A stretch of DNA of 64,000 nt from Candidatus Multivoradales bacterium (GTDB lineage: Bacteria; Acidobacteriota; Thermoanaerobaculia; Multivoradales; JAHEKO01). A model generated the notes under the pieces. It saw only the letters and a program-made list of their open reading frames with translations, did no database searches and was not told the origin of the DNA. The position numbers and the translations under genes were made by a program. Below are positions 16,145-25,819 of this stretch, piece by piece; position 1 is the stretch's first letter, and each line of letters starts with the position of its first letter. The stretch is from the NCBI GenBank assembly GCA_965223875.1, contig OZ245024.1, positions 1,675,456 through 1,739,455 on the forward strand, in the 5' to 3' direction.

Positions 16145-16927
16145 CTATGCCCGGCCGACCAGGAACGCCAGTCGCCAGCGGACCTCCTTCGCGCCTCCGC
16201 GAGGCTCCCACAGCGGTTCGATGGCGGCCTCCAGCTCGGCGACCGGATCCCTGTCGTGGGCGGCCCACCAGCGGCGGACCGACGACCAGGTGCGCACGTA
16301 GGCCATGAGCTGTTCGAAGCTCCACTCGGTCCGCATGGCGAAAGCCGGCGTCTCGATCGGATCGAGACCGATCTCGAGCGTTGTGTAGCCCGAGTCGACA
16401 TGGCGGCGCTCCGGGGGCCAGAACGAGCCCACCGTGACCTCGGCGAACCGGGTGACGGCCTCGTCGATCGCCGGCTCGACCCGGAAGCGCTCGTAGGTCC
16501 AGGCGGCGAGAACACCGCCGGGGCGCAGCACCCGGCGCACCTCGGACTCAAAGGGCCCGAGGTCGAACCAGTGGAGCGCCTGGGCGACGCTCACCAGGTC
16601 GACGCTCCCCGGCGCGAGGGCGGAGGCCGTAGCCTCGGCGGCGTGGAAGGTGAGGCGCGGGTCGCCGGCTCCCCTCTTTCGCGCCACTCCGCTCCGCCGG
16701 TCCTCCCGATGCGCCAACTGGTCGACACTCGCGTCCGTGGCGACGACGCGTCCGAAGTAGGGCGCGAGCCCCCGTGCCGCCTGGCCGTTGCCGGTGGCGC
16801 AGTCCCAGGCGAGATCGCGGCGCTCGACCAGACCGGCGAGCCAGCGGTAGAGCTCCGGCGGGTAGCCGGGACGCCAGCGGGCGTACTCGCGGGCGTGGCC
16901 CGAGAAGTGGTCGCGGAAGCTCGGCAC
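16145..16927 (-). CDS. Class I SAM-dependent methyltransferase
   Basis: F.DHFS...Y...RP.YP, WDCATGNGQ, AQALHWF and LRPGG motifs; GTG at 16927. Confidence 0.92.
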   Translation of the reverse strand: MPSFRDHFSGHAREYARWRPGYPPELYRWLAGLVERRDLAWDCATGNGQAARGLAPYFGRVVATDASVDQLAHREDRRSGVARKRGAGDPRLTFHAAEATASALAPGSVDLVSVAQALHWFDLGPFESEVRRVLRPGGVLAAWTYERFRVEPAIDEAVTRFAEVTVGSFWPPERRHVDSGYTTLEIGLDPIETPAFAMRTEWSFEQLMAYVRTWSSVRRWWAAHDRDPVAELEAAIEPLWEPRGGAKEVRWRLAFLVGRA

Positions 16928-16940
16928 GGGACGAGGATAC

Positions 16941-16988
16941 CGGGCCCGAGCGTCTGCGGGCCCGAGCGTCTGCGGGCCGGAGCATCTG
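16941..16988. repeat. 3 x 16-bp tandem repeat upstream of the methyltransferase
   Basis: CGGGCCCGAGCGTCTG twice plus CGGGCCGGAGCATCTG. Confidence 0.8.
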
Positions 16989-17031
16989 CTGGACGACTGG
17001 TCTGCGTCTCCGACTGGGCAGCACCGACCCT

Positions 17032-17364
17032 TGTCATCCCGAGCGCAGTGACCGGAGGGAACGGAGTCGAGGGATCCCTCCACTGCGCTCGCTTCGCGAG
17101 CTCCGGTCGGGATGACAACCGGACGGGAGGATGGCGGTCGGCGCGCCGTGCCCTCCGATCGGGAGTAGACCGCCTCAGGGCTCGAGGACCGCCAGGGACC
17201 TGGCGAGCCAAGGGAACGGAGTCGAGGGATCCTCCGCTGCGCTCGCTTCGCGAGCTCCGGTCGGGATGACAACCGGACGGGCGGATGGCGGTGGGCCTGC
17301 CGTGCCCTCCGGTCGACGGTAGATCGCTTCAGGGTTCGAGGGCCGCCAGGGCCTTGGTGAGCCA
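17032..17364. repeat. Family-B repeats within a ~155-bp direct duplication
   Basis: Head-to-head units sharing GGGATCCC (17032-17117); 17056-17210 repeated at 17211-17364. Confidence 0.85.
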
Positions 17365-18969
17365 GCGGCCGGAGGGCCAGTCGTAGTGTCCGGCGCCGGG
17401 GATCTCGAGGTAGGTGACGTGCTCGAACCCCTCGTCACGGTAGCGCTGGGCGACGACCTCGGTCTGCAACCGGTTGAAATCACGCTCACCGGTGAGAAGA
17501 ACCAGGCGCGTGTCCTTGCGCAGACCAGGCAGCGTCGCCCGTGGCGGAGGTGGGAACCAGGGCAGCCAATCGCTGCCCGGGCGGTCGGGCACCGGAATGC
17601 GCTGGTAGAAGTCGACGCCGTAGATGAACAACCCACCCCGGAAGACCTCCGGATAGAGGATGGTGAGCGCGGAGGCGATACGGCCGCCTCCCGAGTAGCC
17701 GCCGACGTAGACGCGCTCCGGATCGATCTCGTAGAGGCGCTGGGCGTTGTGCGCCGCGTCGAGCGCCAGGCTCACACGGTTCCAGGGAAAGCGCGAGTTC
17801 CCGGAGAGATCGGCTCCCACCCAGATGAGCTTGTTGTCCCGCAGCGCCGTCTCCGAGGCGGGTGTCGGCACGTGGCCGCGCTGCGTCGGACTCACCCAGA
17901 CGAAGAGCCCCCACTCTCCGGTCGGCTCGTAGGCCTTGGGAACGTGGACGCGGAACGCCTCGTCCGCGAGATCGTAGGCACCCCCGGCCGGGTCGGTCCG
18001 CTCCACGCGGTCGAGGCTGTGGTCGAACCGTTCGACGAAGGTCTCGATCCCGGCCAGGGGATGGTGCTCGTCGAACGCGGTCGCGTAGGTGCCTTCGCGC
18101 CCGGCCTCGGCCGCCACCAGCTCGGGCTTCTCGTAGCCGCGGCGTTGCGTCGCCGGCCGCTCACCGGCCGCCGTGGAGCTCTCGGCGCGAATCGAGCCGT
18201 CGGCCACGCCGGCGAGGAAGGCCTCGGCCTCGTCGAGGCGCTCCTCGATCTCCATCAGCGTCCGGTAGAGAGTCTCGCTGGTCTCGTTGTCCGGGTCGAC
18301 GAGGATCGCCTCCTGGAGCCTCGCCACGGCCTCGTCGACGTCGCCCTCCATGTAGTGCGTCCGCGCCACCGGCCGTAGAACCTCGGCGCGCGCCGGGCCG
18401 TGGAGCTCGGCGAGCGCCTTCTCGTACTCGGCCCGGGCCGCCGCCCACTCCTCCGCCTCGAGCAGGCTGTTGCCGGTTTCGATCCATGTCCTCAGGCTCT
18501 CGGCCCGGCCCTCGGAGACGGTCGGCGTCTGGATCACCAGGGGACGGAGCGTCACCTCGATCGGGGGCGTCGCACCGCCTCGCACATCGACCGTCCCCTG
18601 GGACTGGCGGTAGCCGTCGGCATCGATCATCAGCAGCCAGCGGCCGGGGGCGAGGCCGAGGATCGACCAGGCCCCCTTCTTCGAGGTTTCGACCGGCGCC
18701 GGCCCGGCCTCCGGCTCACCGCCCCAGCGCAGCGTCACGGTCGCACCCCGGATCGGCTCGCCGTCGGGCGCGAGAACCCTGCCGCTGGCGCGGCCGGTGC
18801 CACGCCACATCTGGGCCTCGGCGGGGATGGTGAGCGCCACGAGGAGGAGAAGGAGGGCGACGATGAGGGGCGAGGCCCTCGTCGTCCTCCCGTCCGGAGC
18901 GCGCCGGGTGAGCGCGGTGGAGGGATCCCTCGAGTCCGCTCCCTGCGGTCGCTGCGCTCGGGATGACAA
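17329..18969 (-). CDS. Exported protein: carboxypeptidase-regulatory-like domain + TPR + alpha/beta-hydrolase (esterase) domain; start uncertain
   Basis: Signal peptide ending AEAQ; G.V...DG.PI.GA.V; TPR helices; GYSGGG nucleophile elbow, D.N and GH. No ATG near the signal peptide; nearest in-frame start is TTG at 18969 inside a repeat. Confidence 0.75.
   Translation of the reverse strand: MSSRAQRPQGADSRDPSTALTRRAPDGRTTRASPLIVALLLLLVALTIPAEAQMWRGTGRASGRVLAPDGEPIRGATVTLRWGGEPEAGPAPVETSKKGAWSILGLAPGRWLLMIDADGYRQSQGTVDVRGGATPPIEVTLRPLVIQTPTVSEGRAESLRTWIETGNSLLEAEEWAAARAEYEKALAELHGPARAEVLRPVARTHYMEGDVDEAVARLQEAILVDPDNETSETLYRTLMEIEERLDEAEAFLAGVADGSIRAESSTAAGERPATQRRGYEKPELVAAEAGREGTYATAFDEHHPLAGIETFVERFDHSLDRVERTDPAGGAYDLADEAFRVHVPKAYEPTGEWGLFVWVSPTQRGHVPTPASETALRDNKLIWVGADLSGNSRFPWNRVSLALDAAHNAQRLYEIDPERVYVGGYSGGGRIASALTILYPEVFRGGLFIYGVDFYQRIPVPDRPGSDWLPWFPPPPRATLPGLRKDTRLVLLTGERDFNRLQTEVVAQRYRDEGFEHVTYLEIPGAGHYDWPSGRWLTKALAALEP
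18913..18968. repeat. Family-B repeat
   Basis: GTGGAGGGATCCCTCGAG...CTCGGGATGACA. Confidence 0.8.
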
Positions 18970-19021
18970 AGGGGACCTCGAGGGAGCTTCCGGATGACTC
19001 GATTCAGCGGCGCCGGGCCGC

Positions 19022-19990
19022 TCAGAGCGGCAGCGCCGGGCGGCGCTCGGCGATGGCGCTCTGGACGCGCTCGTGGATCTCGAAGACTTCGGGTCGGGTG
19101 AGCTTGGCGCCGGCACCGGAGGTCTGGACGCGGTCGAGTGAGGCGCGAGCCAGTTCGACCGGCAGCGCGGTGAAGGCGACCACGCCGTCCGGACCGCCCT
19201 TGTCCTGGATCTCGCGCACGTACTCGGCCGCCTGGCCCAGGTCGCGGCGGGCGAGATCGAAGACCTCGGCGCGATCGACCGCGGCCGGCAGGAAGAAGCG
19301 GCCCTCGGTGGCGTCGTCGGCCGAGTCCTTGAGGATGTTGACCAGCTGCAACCCCTCGCCGAAGCAGATCGCGCGCTCGGCCAGGTAGTCGCGCGACACC
19401 TCGAGAGCCGGCGTGCCCAGAATGAAGAGGTCGGTCAGCATCTCGCCGACGATGCCCGCCACGGCGTAGCAGTACTCCCGCAGCTCGGTGAGGTCGGCGA
19501 GGCGCAGATCCCCCTCGGTGTCCGATCGCTCGACGAACTCGGCCATCAGTCGGGCTGTTCTCGCCGTGTGGCGAGCCACCGCCCGCTGCGCCTCCGGCCG
19601 CAGGCGCTCGAAGCAGCGCATCACCCGCGGTGTCTCGGCCAGCAGCTCGAGGTAGCCGGCGTGGTCGCTGGGCGGTGGCGACACCCACTCGGCGGCGAGT
19701 TCGGCGGCTCGCGACTCGGACGGCGCGGCCAGAAGCTCCGTGAACTGCGCCAGGGCCTGCTTCCGACGGGCCTTCGTCCAGTGGATGCCGGCGTCCTCGA
19801 AGGTGTCCGCCATGCGGAACAGCAGGTACCCGAGGGCGACCTCGCGGTAGGTCGGCTGTGGCAGCAGCGGGATGGCGAGGGCGAACGTGCGGCTGGTATC
19901 GAGCAGCAGCGCGTCGATGATCGCCGCGTCCTCCGCCTCGGCCGGCGACACGTCGACCGCCTGCTCCACTCCTGTTCCTTCACCGCTCAT
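19022..19990 (-). CDS. Squalene/phytoene synthase family enzyme, single-enzyme squalene synthase type
   Basis: TSRTF flap, YL.FR..DTFED, YCY.VAG.VG and G.GLQL.NILKD motifs; ATG at 19990. Confidence 0.88.
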   Translation of the reverse strand: MSGEGTGVEQAVDVSPAEAEDAAIIDALLLDTSRTFALAIPLLPQPTYREVALGYLLFRMADTFEDAGIHWTKARRKQALAQFTELLAAPSESRAAELAAEWVSPPPSDHAGYLELLAETPRVMRCFERLRPEAQRAVARHTARTARLMAEFVERSDTEGDLRLADLTELREYCYAVAGIVGEMLTDLFILGTPALEVSRDYLAERAICFGEGLQLVNILKDSADDATEGRFFLPAAVDRAEVFDLARRDLGQAAEYVREIQDKGGPDGVVAFTALPVELARASLDRVQTSGAGAKLTRPEVFEIHERVQSAIAERRPALPL

Positions 19991-20101
19991 CGTTGTCTGT
20001 GGTTCCGGTTGCCGGAGAATCCTAGCAAGAGTCCTGCCCAGAGCCGCCGCCTTCATAGACGCAGTGGGTTCTCCGCCCGCCGTCGGTGGTCGACAGGACA
20101 A

Positions 20102-20129
20102 CGGCCGGCAGGGACGCCGGCCGCTTCAG
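20102..20129. repeat. Family-A REP-like singlet
   Basis: CGGCCGGC-AGGGAC-GCCGGCCGCTTCAG. Confidence 0.8.
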
Positions 20130-20174
20130 ATCGACTCTCCAAGCTCCTGCGGCGGCCGGCCGCCGTGCCGCCTG

Positions 20175-21014
20175 TCAGGAGTCGATGGGGGAGACGGCGG
20201 TTCCGGAGGTGCGGCGGCCGGCGAGGGCGTCGTGGAGGGCCCCGGGGCGCAGACCGTCGAGAATCCAGGACTCGATGCCCCGCTCGGCGAGCCTCCAGGC
20301 GGTCTCGAGGCGCAGCCGCATGCCGCCGGTGACGTCCTCCCCCGCCGCCCGGTCGCGTCCGGTCGAGAGGCCGCCGAGCACAGTTTCGACGTTGGCGGCG
20401 CCGATCTCGGCGACGGTCGAGCCGTTGGCGTCGTAGATCCCGTCGGTGACCCCCATCCAGAGGATCCTCGTCACCCGCCAGCCGGTGCCCTCGAGCCCGG
20501 CGACGAGCGACTCGAAGGCCTCCTCGGTCGAACAGATCGAGGCACCCCATTCGCTGTCCATCACCACGTCACCGAACGTCACCGGCAGCAGCCCGAGGTC
20601 GAGAGCGCTGGTGACCGGCCTCGTGTCGAAGGGGCCGGGACGACCCGCGGAGGCCATCAGGTTGCTGGAGGGCGCGATCGAGAACGGCCGGCAGCCCGCC
20701 TTCCAGAGAGTCTCCACCACCAGTCGATGGAGCCGATGCGCGTGGACCTGGGTCGCGGCCACTCCGGCCACCTGCTCGGCGTCTCGCGCCCCGAGGTGAA
20801 CGCGGTGCTGCGCCGCCGTCACGTGCCCGAACGAGCCGCTACCGTGCCCGATGACGAGCGATCCGCTCGCCCCCTTCACGTCAGTGCCGCTCACCGCGCC
20901 CCGATGGATCTCCTCGGCGAGACGCCCCAGGGTCTCGATGCGCGGCGTCAGCGGCAGCGCCTTGTCGGTGATCAGGCTACCGCCGAGCTTGACCAGTGTC
21001 AGCTCGCGACCCAT
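20175..21014 (-). CDS. Isopentenyl phosphate kinase (amino-acid-kinase fold)
   Basis: VKLGGSLITDK, HGSGSFGH (IPK signature His), GDVV and DVTGGM motifs; GGAGG SD; ATG at 21014. Confidence 0.9.
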   Translation of the reverse strand: MGRELTLVKLGGSLITDKALPLTPRIETLGRLAEEIHRGAVSGTDVKGASGSLVIGHGSGSFGHVTAAQHRVHLGARDAEQVAGVAATQVHAHRLHRLVVETLWKAGCRPFSIAPSSNLMASAGRPGPFDTRPVTSALDLGLLPVTFGDVVMDSEWGASICSTEEAFESLVAGLEGTGWRVTRILWMGVTDGIYDANGSTVAEIGAANVETVLGGLSTGRDRAAGEDVTGGMRLRLETAWRLAERGIESWILDGLRPGALHDALAGRRTSGTAVSPIDS

Positions 21015-21045
21015 CGGTTCGGGGGCCTCTCCTCCCGCTGGCCGG

Positions 21046-22047
21046 TCAGAAGAGATGGTCCTCACTCCTGTGCGGGCCCTCGCCGATCCGGTCCCTGAGC
21101 ACCGTCTCGACTCCCGGCACCTCCGCCACCGCCCTGGCCACGGTCTCCTCGTCGCCCGGCTCGCAGATCAGGTGTACGTTCGGCCCCGCGTCCATCGTCG
21201 CCCACACTCCCACGCCGCCGTCGCGCAACGCCCACACCCGGTTGAGAACCTCGATGGTCAGTGGCTTCCAGTAGAAGATCGGCGGCCAGGAGGACATCGC
21301 CACCAGGTGCAGCTCGACCGCCTCGGTCTCGACGGCTCGGCCCAGACGCTCGAGGTCGCGTGCGGCGATCGCCTGGCGCATCTCCTCGAGCCGCTCCGGC
21401 AGGAGCTCCTGGCGGCGCCCGAAATAGGGGCTCGATGGAGCGCGCCGATGACCGTCGCGCGACGAGACCGGTTTCTCCTCGGAGCTGACCACCGCGATCA
21501 GGTCGCAAAGGACCCAATGGTCGGGGCCGGCGATCTGGCGGGCCGGCGCCTCCGGGTCGTCGCCCTCGCCGGGCCACTCGACGAAGCCGCCCAGTACCGA
21601 GCGGGCCGCCGAGCCCGAGCCGCTGCGGCGGGCCAGGACCGAGAGCTCGGCCGGCGAGGCCTCGACTCCGGCGACGACGGCGAACGCGGTGGCGAGTGCC
21701 GCGAAACCGGAGGCCGAAGAGGCGATTCCCGCCGAGCTGGGGAAGGTGTTGACCGACGCGACCCGGCAGCTGGCCGGAAAGTCGAGGGCATCCGAGAGCG
21801 CCGCCAGGTGGCGCTCGACACCGACGGTGAAGGCCTCCGGCGCCGGAGCGAGCCGCCCGGCCTCGTCGGCGACCTCGACCGACGTCGGCAGGCCGCTCGG
21901 CTGGAGCTCGACCGTCGTCCTGGAGACGCACCGACTGAGCGTCATCGACAGCGAGACGTTCATCGGCAGAGCGCTGTCGAGATCCCGGGCCCCCCAGTAC
22001 TTGAGGAAGGCGATATTCGATGGGGCGACGACCGTGACCTTACACAT
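21046..22047 (-). CDS. mvaD: Diphosphomevalonate-decarboxylase-family enzyme (probably phosphomevalonate decarboxylase)
   Basis: NIAFLKYWG, P.N.SLS.TL, GIASSASG, GSGSAARS and T.DAGPNVH motifs; ATG at 22047. Confidence 0.9.
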   Translation of the reverse strand: MCKVTVVAPSNIAFLKYWGARDLDSALPMNVSLSMTLSRCVSRTTVELQPSGLPTSVEVADEAGRLAPAPEAFTVGVERHLAALSDALDFPASCRVASVNTFPSSAGIASSASGFAALATAFAVVAGVEASPAELSVLARRSGSGSAARSVLGGFVEWPGEGDDPEAPARQIAGPDHWVLCDLIAVVSSEEKPVSSRDGHRRAPSSPYFGRRQELLPERLEEMRQAIAARDLERLGRAVETEAVELHLVAMSSWPPIFYWKPLTIEVLNRVWALRDGGVGVWATMDAGPNVHLICEPGDEETVARAVAEVPGVETVLRDRIGEGPHRSEDHLF

Positions 22048-22132
22048 TCCGGCAGGGCGCTCATTCGGACCGGGGGCGAGTCTCTCACGAGACGAGGGAC
22101 CGCGCAGCGGCGAAAGCGGTCCGGCCGGCGAT

Positions 22133-23290
22133 TCAGGCGAGATCTTCGACTCCGAGCCCCGGCCCGCCCAGGGGGACGTCGAAGCGGACCAGCTCGGCGA
22201 CACACTCCGCCTGCGCCAGGACACCCTCCGGATCGTAGGCGAGCAGGGATCCTGCCTCGGGACCGCCGCGACCGCCGGCACCGGAGATCTTGGCCGCCGC
22301 GCCGAGCGACTCGATCTGGCGAATGGTCTGTCGGACCGCCTCGGGAACCACGCCGAGCGCCTCGAGGTCCCGTTCGAAGGAGCGGATGAGCTCCAGCTCG
22401 CCCTTCGCGACGTCGGTCGTCGTCGAACCACCGCTCAGACGGTCCCGAAACGCCCGTACCGACGATTCCATCGCGGCCAGCCGCCGGTCGAGCTCCCCCG
22501 GCCGCTCCGCGAAGCGACGCCGAACGGCCTCGACCATCGCCCCGGTGCTCTGCCGCGGCATACCGGTGTGGAAGACCCGGAAGCCATCGAGGGCACCCGG
22601 CGCGAGATCGATCGGCGTGCACCGCAGCACCTCCTCCTCCCGATCCGCCCACACCGCCCCGCCGCAGAGCACGGTGGCGTGGTCGACGCCCGATGGCCTG
22701 CCGTGCTGCCGGCGCTCGGTCTCGAGCGCGATGCGGTCGACGAGGGCCGGATCGACCTCACCGGCCAGCATGGAGAGGAGGGCGCCGCTCACCGCCACGG
22801 CGACCGACGCCGAGCTTCCGAAGCCGGCTCCGAGCGGCACCTCGGACTCGAGGTCGATCTCGACCGAGGGCAGGGCGCCGGATTCGATGCCGAGAGCCCG
22901 AACCGTCTCCGCGAGCGCGGTCTTCACGTGGTGCGCGGCGTCCGAGCGGATGGCGTCGAGCCGCCCATCGTCGTCGCCGCCGGCGAACCGCTCCCACGCG
23001 TCACGGGCGGCATCGCCGTGCGCGACGACATCCGTCCAGGAGACCGTCTCGTCGATTTCGAGGTCGCGCAGCCGCAACCGTGCAGTCGGCGCCGGGGCCG
23101 CCGCACCGCTCGCCGACGCCAGCGCCAGGGCCTCGACCCGCGTCGCGAGGCCCAGCGCGACGACGAGCGCCGGGCGGCCGTAGACCACAGCGTGCTCTCC
23201 CATCAGGATGAGCTTCCCCGGGGCCGTCGCGGCGACGCGTCGCCCGAGAGGCGCCCGGGAGGGCGGCCGAAGAGATGACGAAGAGGGCAA
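22133..23290 (-). CDS. mvk: Mevalonate kinase
   Basis: APGKLILMGEHAVVYG, P.GAGFGSSAS, HG.PSGVD and AKISGAGG motifs; start uncertain (TTG at 23290 chosen). Confidence 0.9.
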   Translation of the reverse strand: MPSSSSLRPPSRAPLGRRVAATAPGKLILMGEHAVVYGRPALVVALGLATRVEALALASASGAAAPAPTARLRLRDLEIDETVSWTDVVAHGDAARDAWERFAGGDDDGRLDAIRSDAAHHVKTALAETVRALGIESGALPSVEIDLESEVPLGAGFGSSASVAVAVSGALLSMLAGEVDPALVDRIALETERRQHGRPSGVDHATVLCGGAVWADREEEVLRCTPIDLAPGALDGFRVFHTGMPRQSTGAMVEAVRRRFAERPGELDRRLAAMESSVRAFRDRLSGGSTTTDVAKGELELIRSFERDLEALGVVPEAVRQTIRQIESLGAAAKISGAGGRGGPEAGSLLAYDPEGVLAQAECVAELVRFDVPLGGPGLGVEDLA

Positions 23291-23304
23291 GGGCCGGATC
23301 GGTG

Positions 23305-24573
23305 CTAGCCGCCGTTCGGGGAGGTACCGCGGCCGAGCTGTTCGTGGGCGCGAGCCAGGTCGCGCGAGGTGAACGCCGACATCAGCGACAGCTCGCCGGC
23401 GAGCACGGTCGCACCGAGGATCTCCGCCAAGCGCAGCACCGCGCGCCCTGGACGATCGTCGTCGATCGAGATGCCCATCAGCTCGAGCGCTTCGCGCTGG
23501 GTGCCCAGGCCGGTTCCGCCGCCGACGGCACCCAGCGGCACGTCCGGCAGGTAGACCGACATGTAGACACCCTCCGGGCCGCGGGACTCGATGGTCGTGA
23601 TCCCCATGGCGGCCTCGGCGACCTGCGCGATGTCCTGCCCGCAAGCGGCGAAGAACCCTGCGACGACGTTGGCGAAGTGGGCGTTGAAGCCCATCGCGCC
23701 GGCGGCGATCGAGCCGAGGAGGTTCTTGCGGTACTGCACGTCGACCAGGGAGCGTGCGTCGGTCTTCAGCACCCGCTTGAGCACCGCCTCCTCGAGCACC
23801 ACCTCGGCCTGGATCCGCTTGCCGCGGCCCTCCAGGAAGTTCACCGCGGACGGCTTCTTGTCGACACAGTAGTTGCCCGACAGCGCCACGCAGGCGATCC
23901 CCGTCGCCGGCTCGATCAGATCGCGCACGATCCGGTCGCAGGCGATCGTGGCCATGTTCATCCCCATGGCGTCACCCGACTCGAAGCGGAAGCGCAAGTA
24001 TATGGAGGTACCGAAAGCCTGCGGCTTGATGTCCACCAGCTTGAGATAGCGGCTGGTCGACGCCGCCATCTCGCGCATCTCGTCTTCGTGCTCCTCGATC
24101 CAGCCGAGGAACTCCCTGGTCTGTGAGACGCCCGACGTACGGAACGCCGGCGCCCGGGTCATGCCCACATCCTCGATCCAGACCGTCGCGCCGCCCGCCG
24201 CCGAGATCGCCCGGCAGCCACGGTTGATGCTCGCCACGAGGGCCCCCTCGGTGGTGGCGAGCGGAACGTAGACCTCCTCGGACGGATCCACGGCCTGGCC
24301 ACGGACGCGCAGCGGGCCGGTGACGCCCATCGGAATCTGCGCCGTGCCGATGAAGTTCTCGCAATGACGGGTCGAGGCCTGGCCGGCGTCGAAAGAGAAC
24401 GAGCCGACGTGCTCGAGAGCCGTGCCGCTCATCCGCTCGAGTGCCGCGCGACGCACGGCGGCCTTGTCCCCGGCTGTCAGATCGGCGGGCAGCTGGTGCA
24501 TCTTGAGCCGTCCCTCGACCAGCGACCGGATCAGGTCCTCCAACCCCTCGACTCTGGCGCTCAGCGGATTCAT
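23305..24573 (-). CDS. hmgA: HMG-CoA reductase, class I (NADPH-type)
   Basis: CENFIG, PLATTEG.LVAS.NRG, GDAMGMNM, SGNYC.DKK, GAVGGGT and LAGELSL motifs. Confidence 0.96.
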   Translation of the reverse strand: MNPLSARVEGLEDLIRSLVEGRLKMHQLPADLTAGDKAAVRRAALERMSGTALEHVGSFSFDAGQASTRHCENFIGTAQIPMGVTGPLRVRGQAVDPSEEVYVPLATTEGALVASINRGCRAISAAGGATVWIEDVGMTRAPAFRTSGVSQTREFLGWIEEHEDEMREMAASTSRYLKLVDIKPQAFGTSIYLRFRFESGDAMGMNMATIACDRIVRDLIEPATGIACVALSGNYCVDKKPSAVNFLEGRGKRIQAEVVLEEAVLKRVLKTDARSLVDVQYRKNLLGSIAAGAMGFNAHFANVVAGFFAACGQDIAQVAEAAMGITTIESRGPEGVYMSVYLPDVPLGAVGGGTGLGTQREALELMGISIDDDRPGRAVLRLAEILGATVLAGELSLMSAFTSRDLARAHEQLGRGTSPNGG

Positions 24574-24577
24574 CGCT

Positions 24578-25621
24578 TCAACCTCGCTCGAAAAGATCCG
24601 TTGTCCGGAGCGCTTCCAGATCGACAGCCCCGGTGCAGAACATGGCGATGCGCAGCTGCCGGACCACGCGCTCGATGGATTCGGCGGCGTCGGCGGCGGA
24701 ACAGGTCGCCGGCTCCAGGTAGAGCTGCGCCGAGCCCACCAGATCGGCTCCGAGAGCGATCGCCTTGGCGGCGTCGACCCCGTTGCGGATGCCGCCGCTA
24801 CCGATGACGGTCATGCCGTCGATGGCCGACAGCTCGACGATCGATCGGGGCGTCGGAATGCCCCAGTGGACGAACATCTCACCGACGTCACGATCGTGGG
24901 CACGGGCCGCTTCGATCCGGGCCCAGCTCGTTCCGCCCAGGCCGGCGGTGTCGACGATACGGACGCCGGCATCGCGGAGCACGCGCCCCAGCTTGCCGGA
25001 TATGCCGCAGCCGATCTCCTTGACGATCACCGGCACCTCGAGCGCTTCCACCACCCGGCCGATCTTCTCGATCAGGCCGGAGAAATCGCGGTCACCCTCG
25101 GGCTGGATCGCCTCCTGGAGCGGATTCAGGTGCAGCACGAGCGCGTCGGCGGCGATCATCTCGACAGCCTGCCGGCACTCGTCGATTCCGTAGCCGTAGT
25201 TGAGCTGCACCGCACCGAGATTGGCCAGCAGCGGTACCGAGGGCGCCAGGTCGCGAATCTGGAAGCTCGGCGCCGTCGCCGGGTCCTCGATCGCCTTTCG
25301 CTGCGATCCGACCCCGATGGCCACGCCGACCTGCTCGGCGGCCTCCGCGAGGTGCCGGTTGATCCGCGTCGCCTCCTCGGTTCCCCCGGTCATGCACGAG
25401 ACCAGCAGCGGGGCAGCCAGCTCCCGGCCGAGAAAGCCGGTCGCCGTCGAGATCTCGTCCATGTCGATCTCGGGCAGCGCCACATGCTCGAAGGAGTAGC
25501 CGTCGAAGAAGTTGCGCTCCAGTTGATTGCGCTCCGACAGGGCGAGCGAGATGTGCTCGGCCTTGCGGTCGCGCTCGAGCGACTCCGGCTCCGGCGAAGG
25601 GGCGGCTTTCAAGGCAGTCAT
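24578..25621 (-). CDS. fni: Type 2 (FMN) isopentenyl-diphosphate isomerase
   Basis: RKAEH, MTGG, GSQR, NLGA.Q, HLN.LQE..Q.EGD, KE.G.G and GGTSW motifs. Confidence 0.95.
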   Translation of the reverse strand: MTALKAAPSPEPESLERDRKAEHISLALSERNQLERNFFDGYSFEHVALPEIDMDEISTATGFLGRELAAPLLVSCMTGGTEEATRINRHLAEAAEQVGVAIGVGSQRKAIEDPATAPSFQIRDLAPSVPLLANLGAVQLNYGYGIDECRQAVEMIAADALVLHLNPLQEAIQPEGDRDFSGLIEKIGRVVEALEVPVIVKEIGCGISGKLGRVLRDAGVRIVDTAGLGGTSWARIEAARAHDRDVGEMFVHWGIPTPRSIVELSAIDGMTVIGSGGIRNGVDAAKAIALGADLVGSAQLYLEPATCSAADAAESIERVVRQLRIAMFCTGAVDLEALRTTDLFERG

Positions 25622-25819
25622 GCCTGGTTCGGGTATCCCGGAAAGGATGGGCGTGGTGCGGTTCTCCGGTTGTGCGGACGCATGCAACTCGAGGCCTGCG
25701 TCGCTATCGAAAGGGGGATCTCAGGGAGCTCTGCCCAGCGCCAGGTCGGAGGAATCATAACAAAACCACCCCGTTTGTGGCCCCAGCGGGGCCTCCCTCG
25801 GACCCGCCGACCCCCCGTC

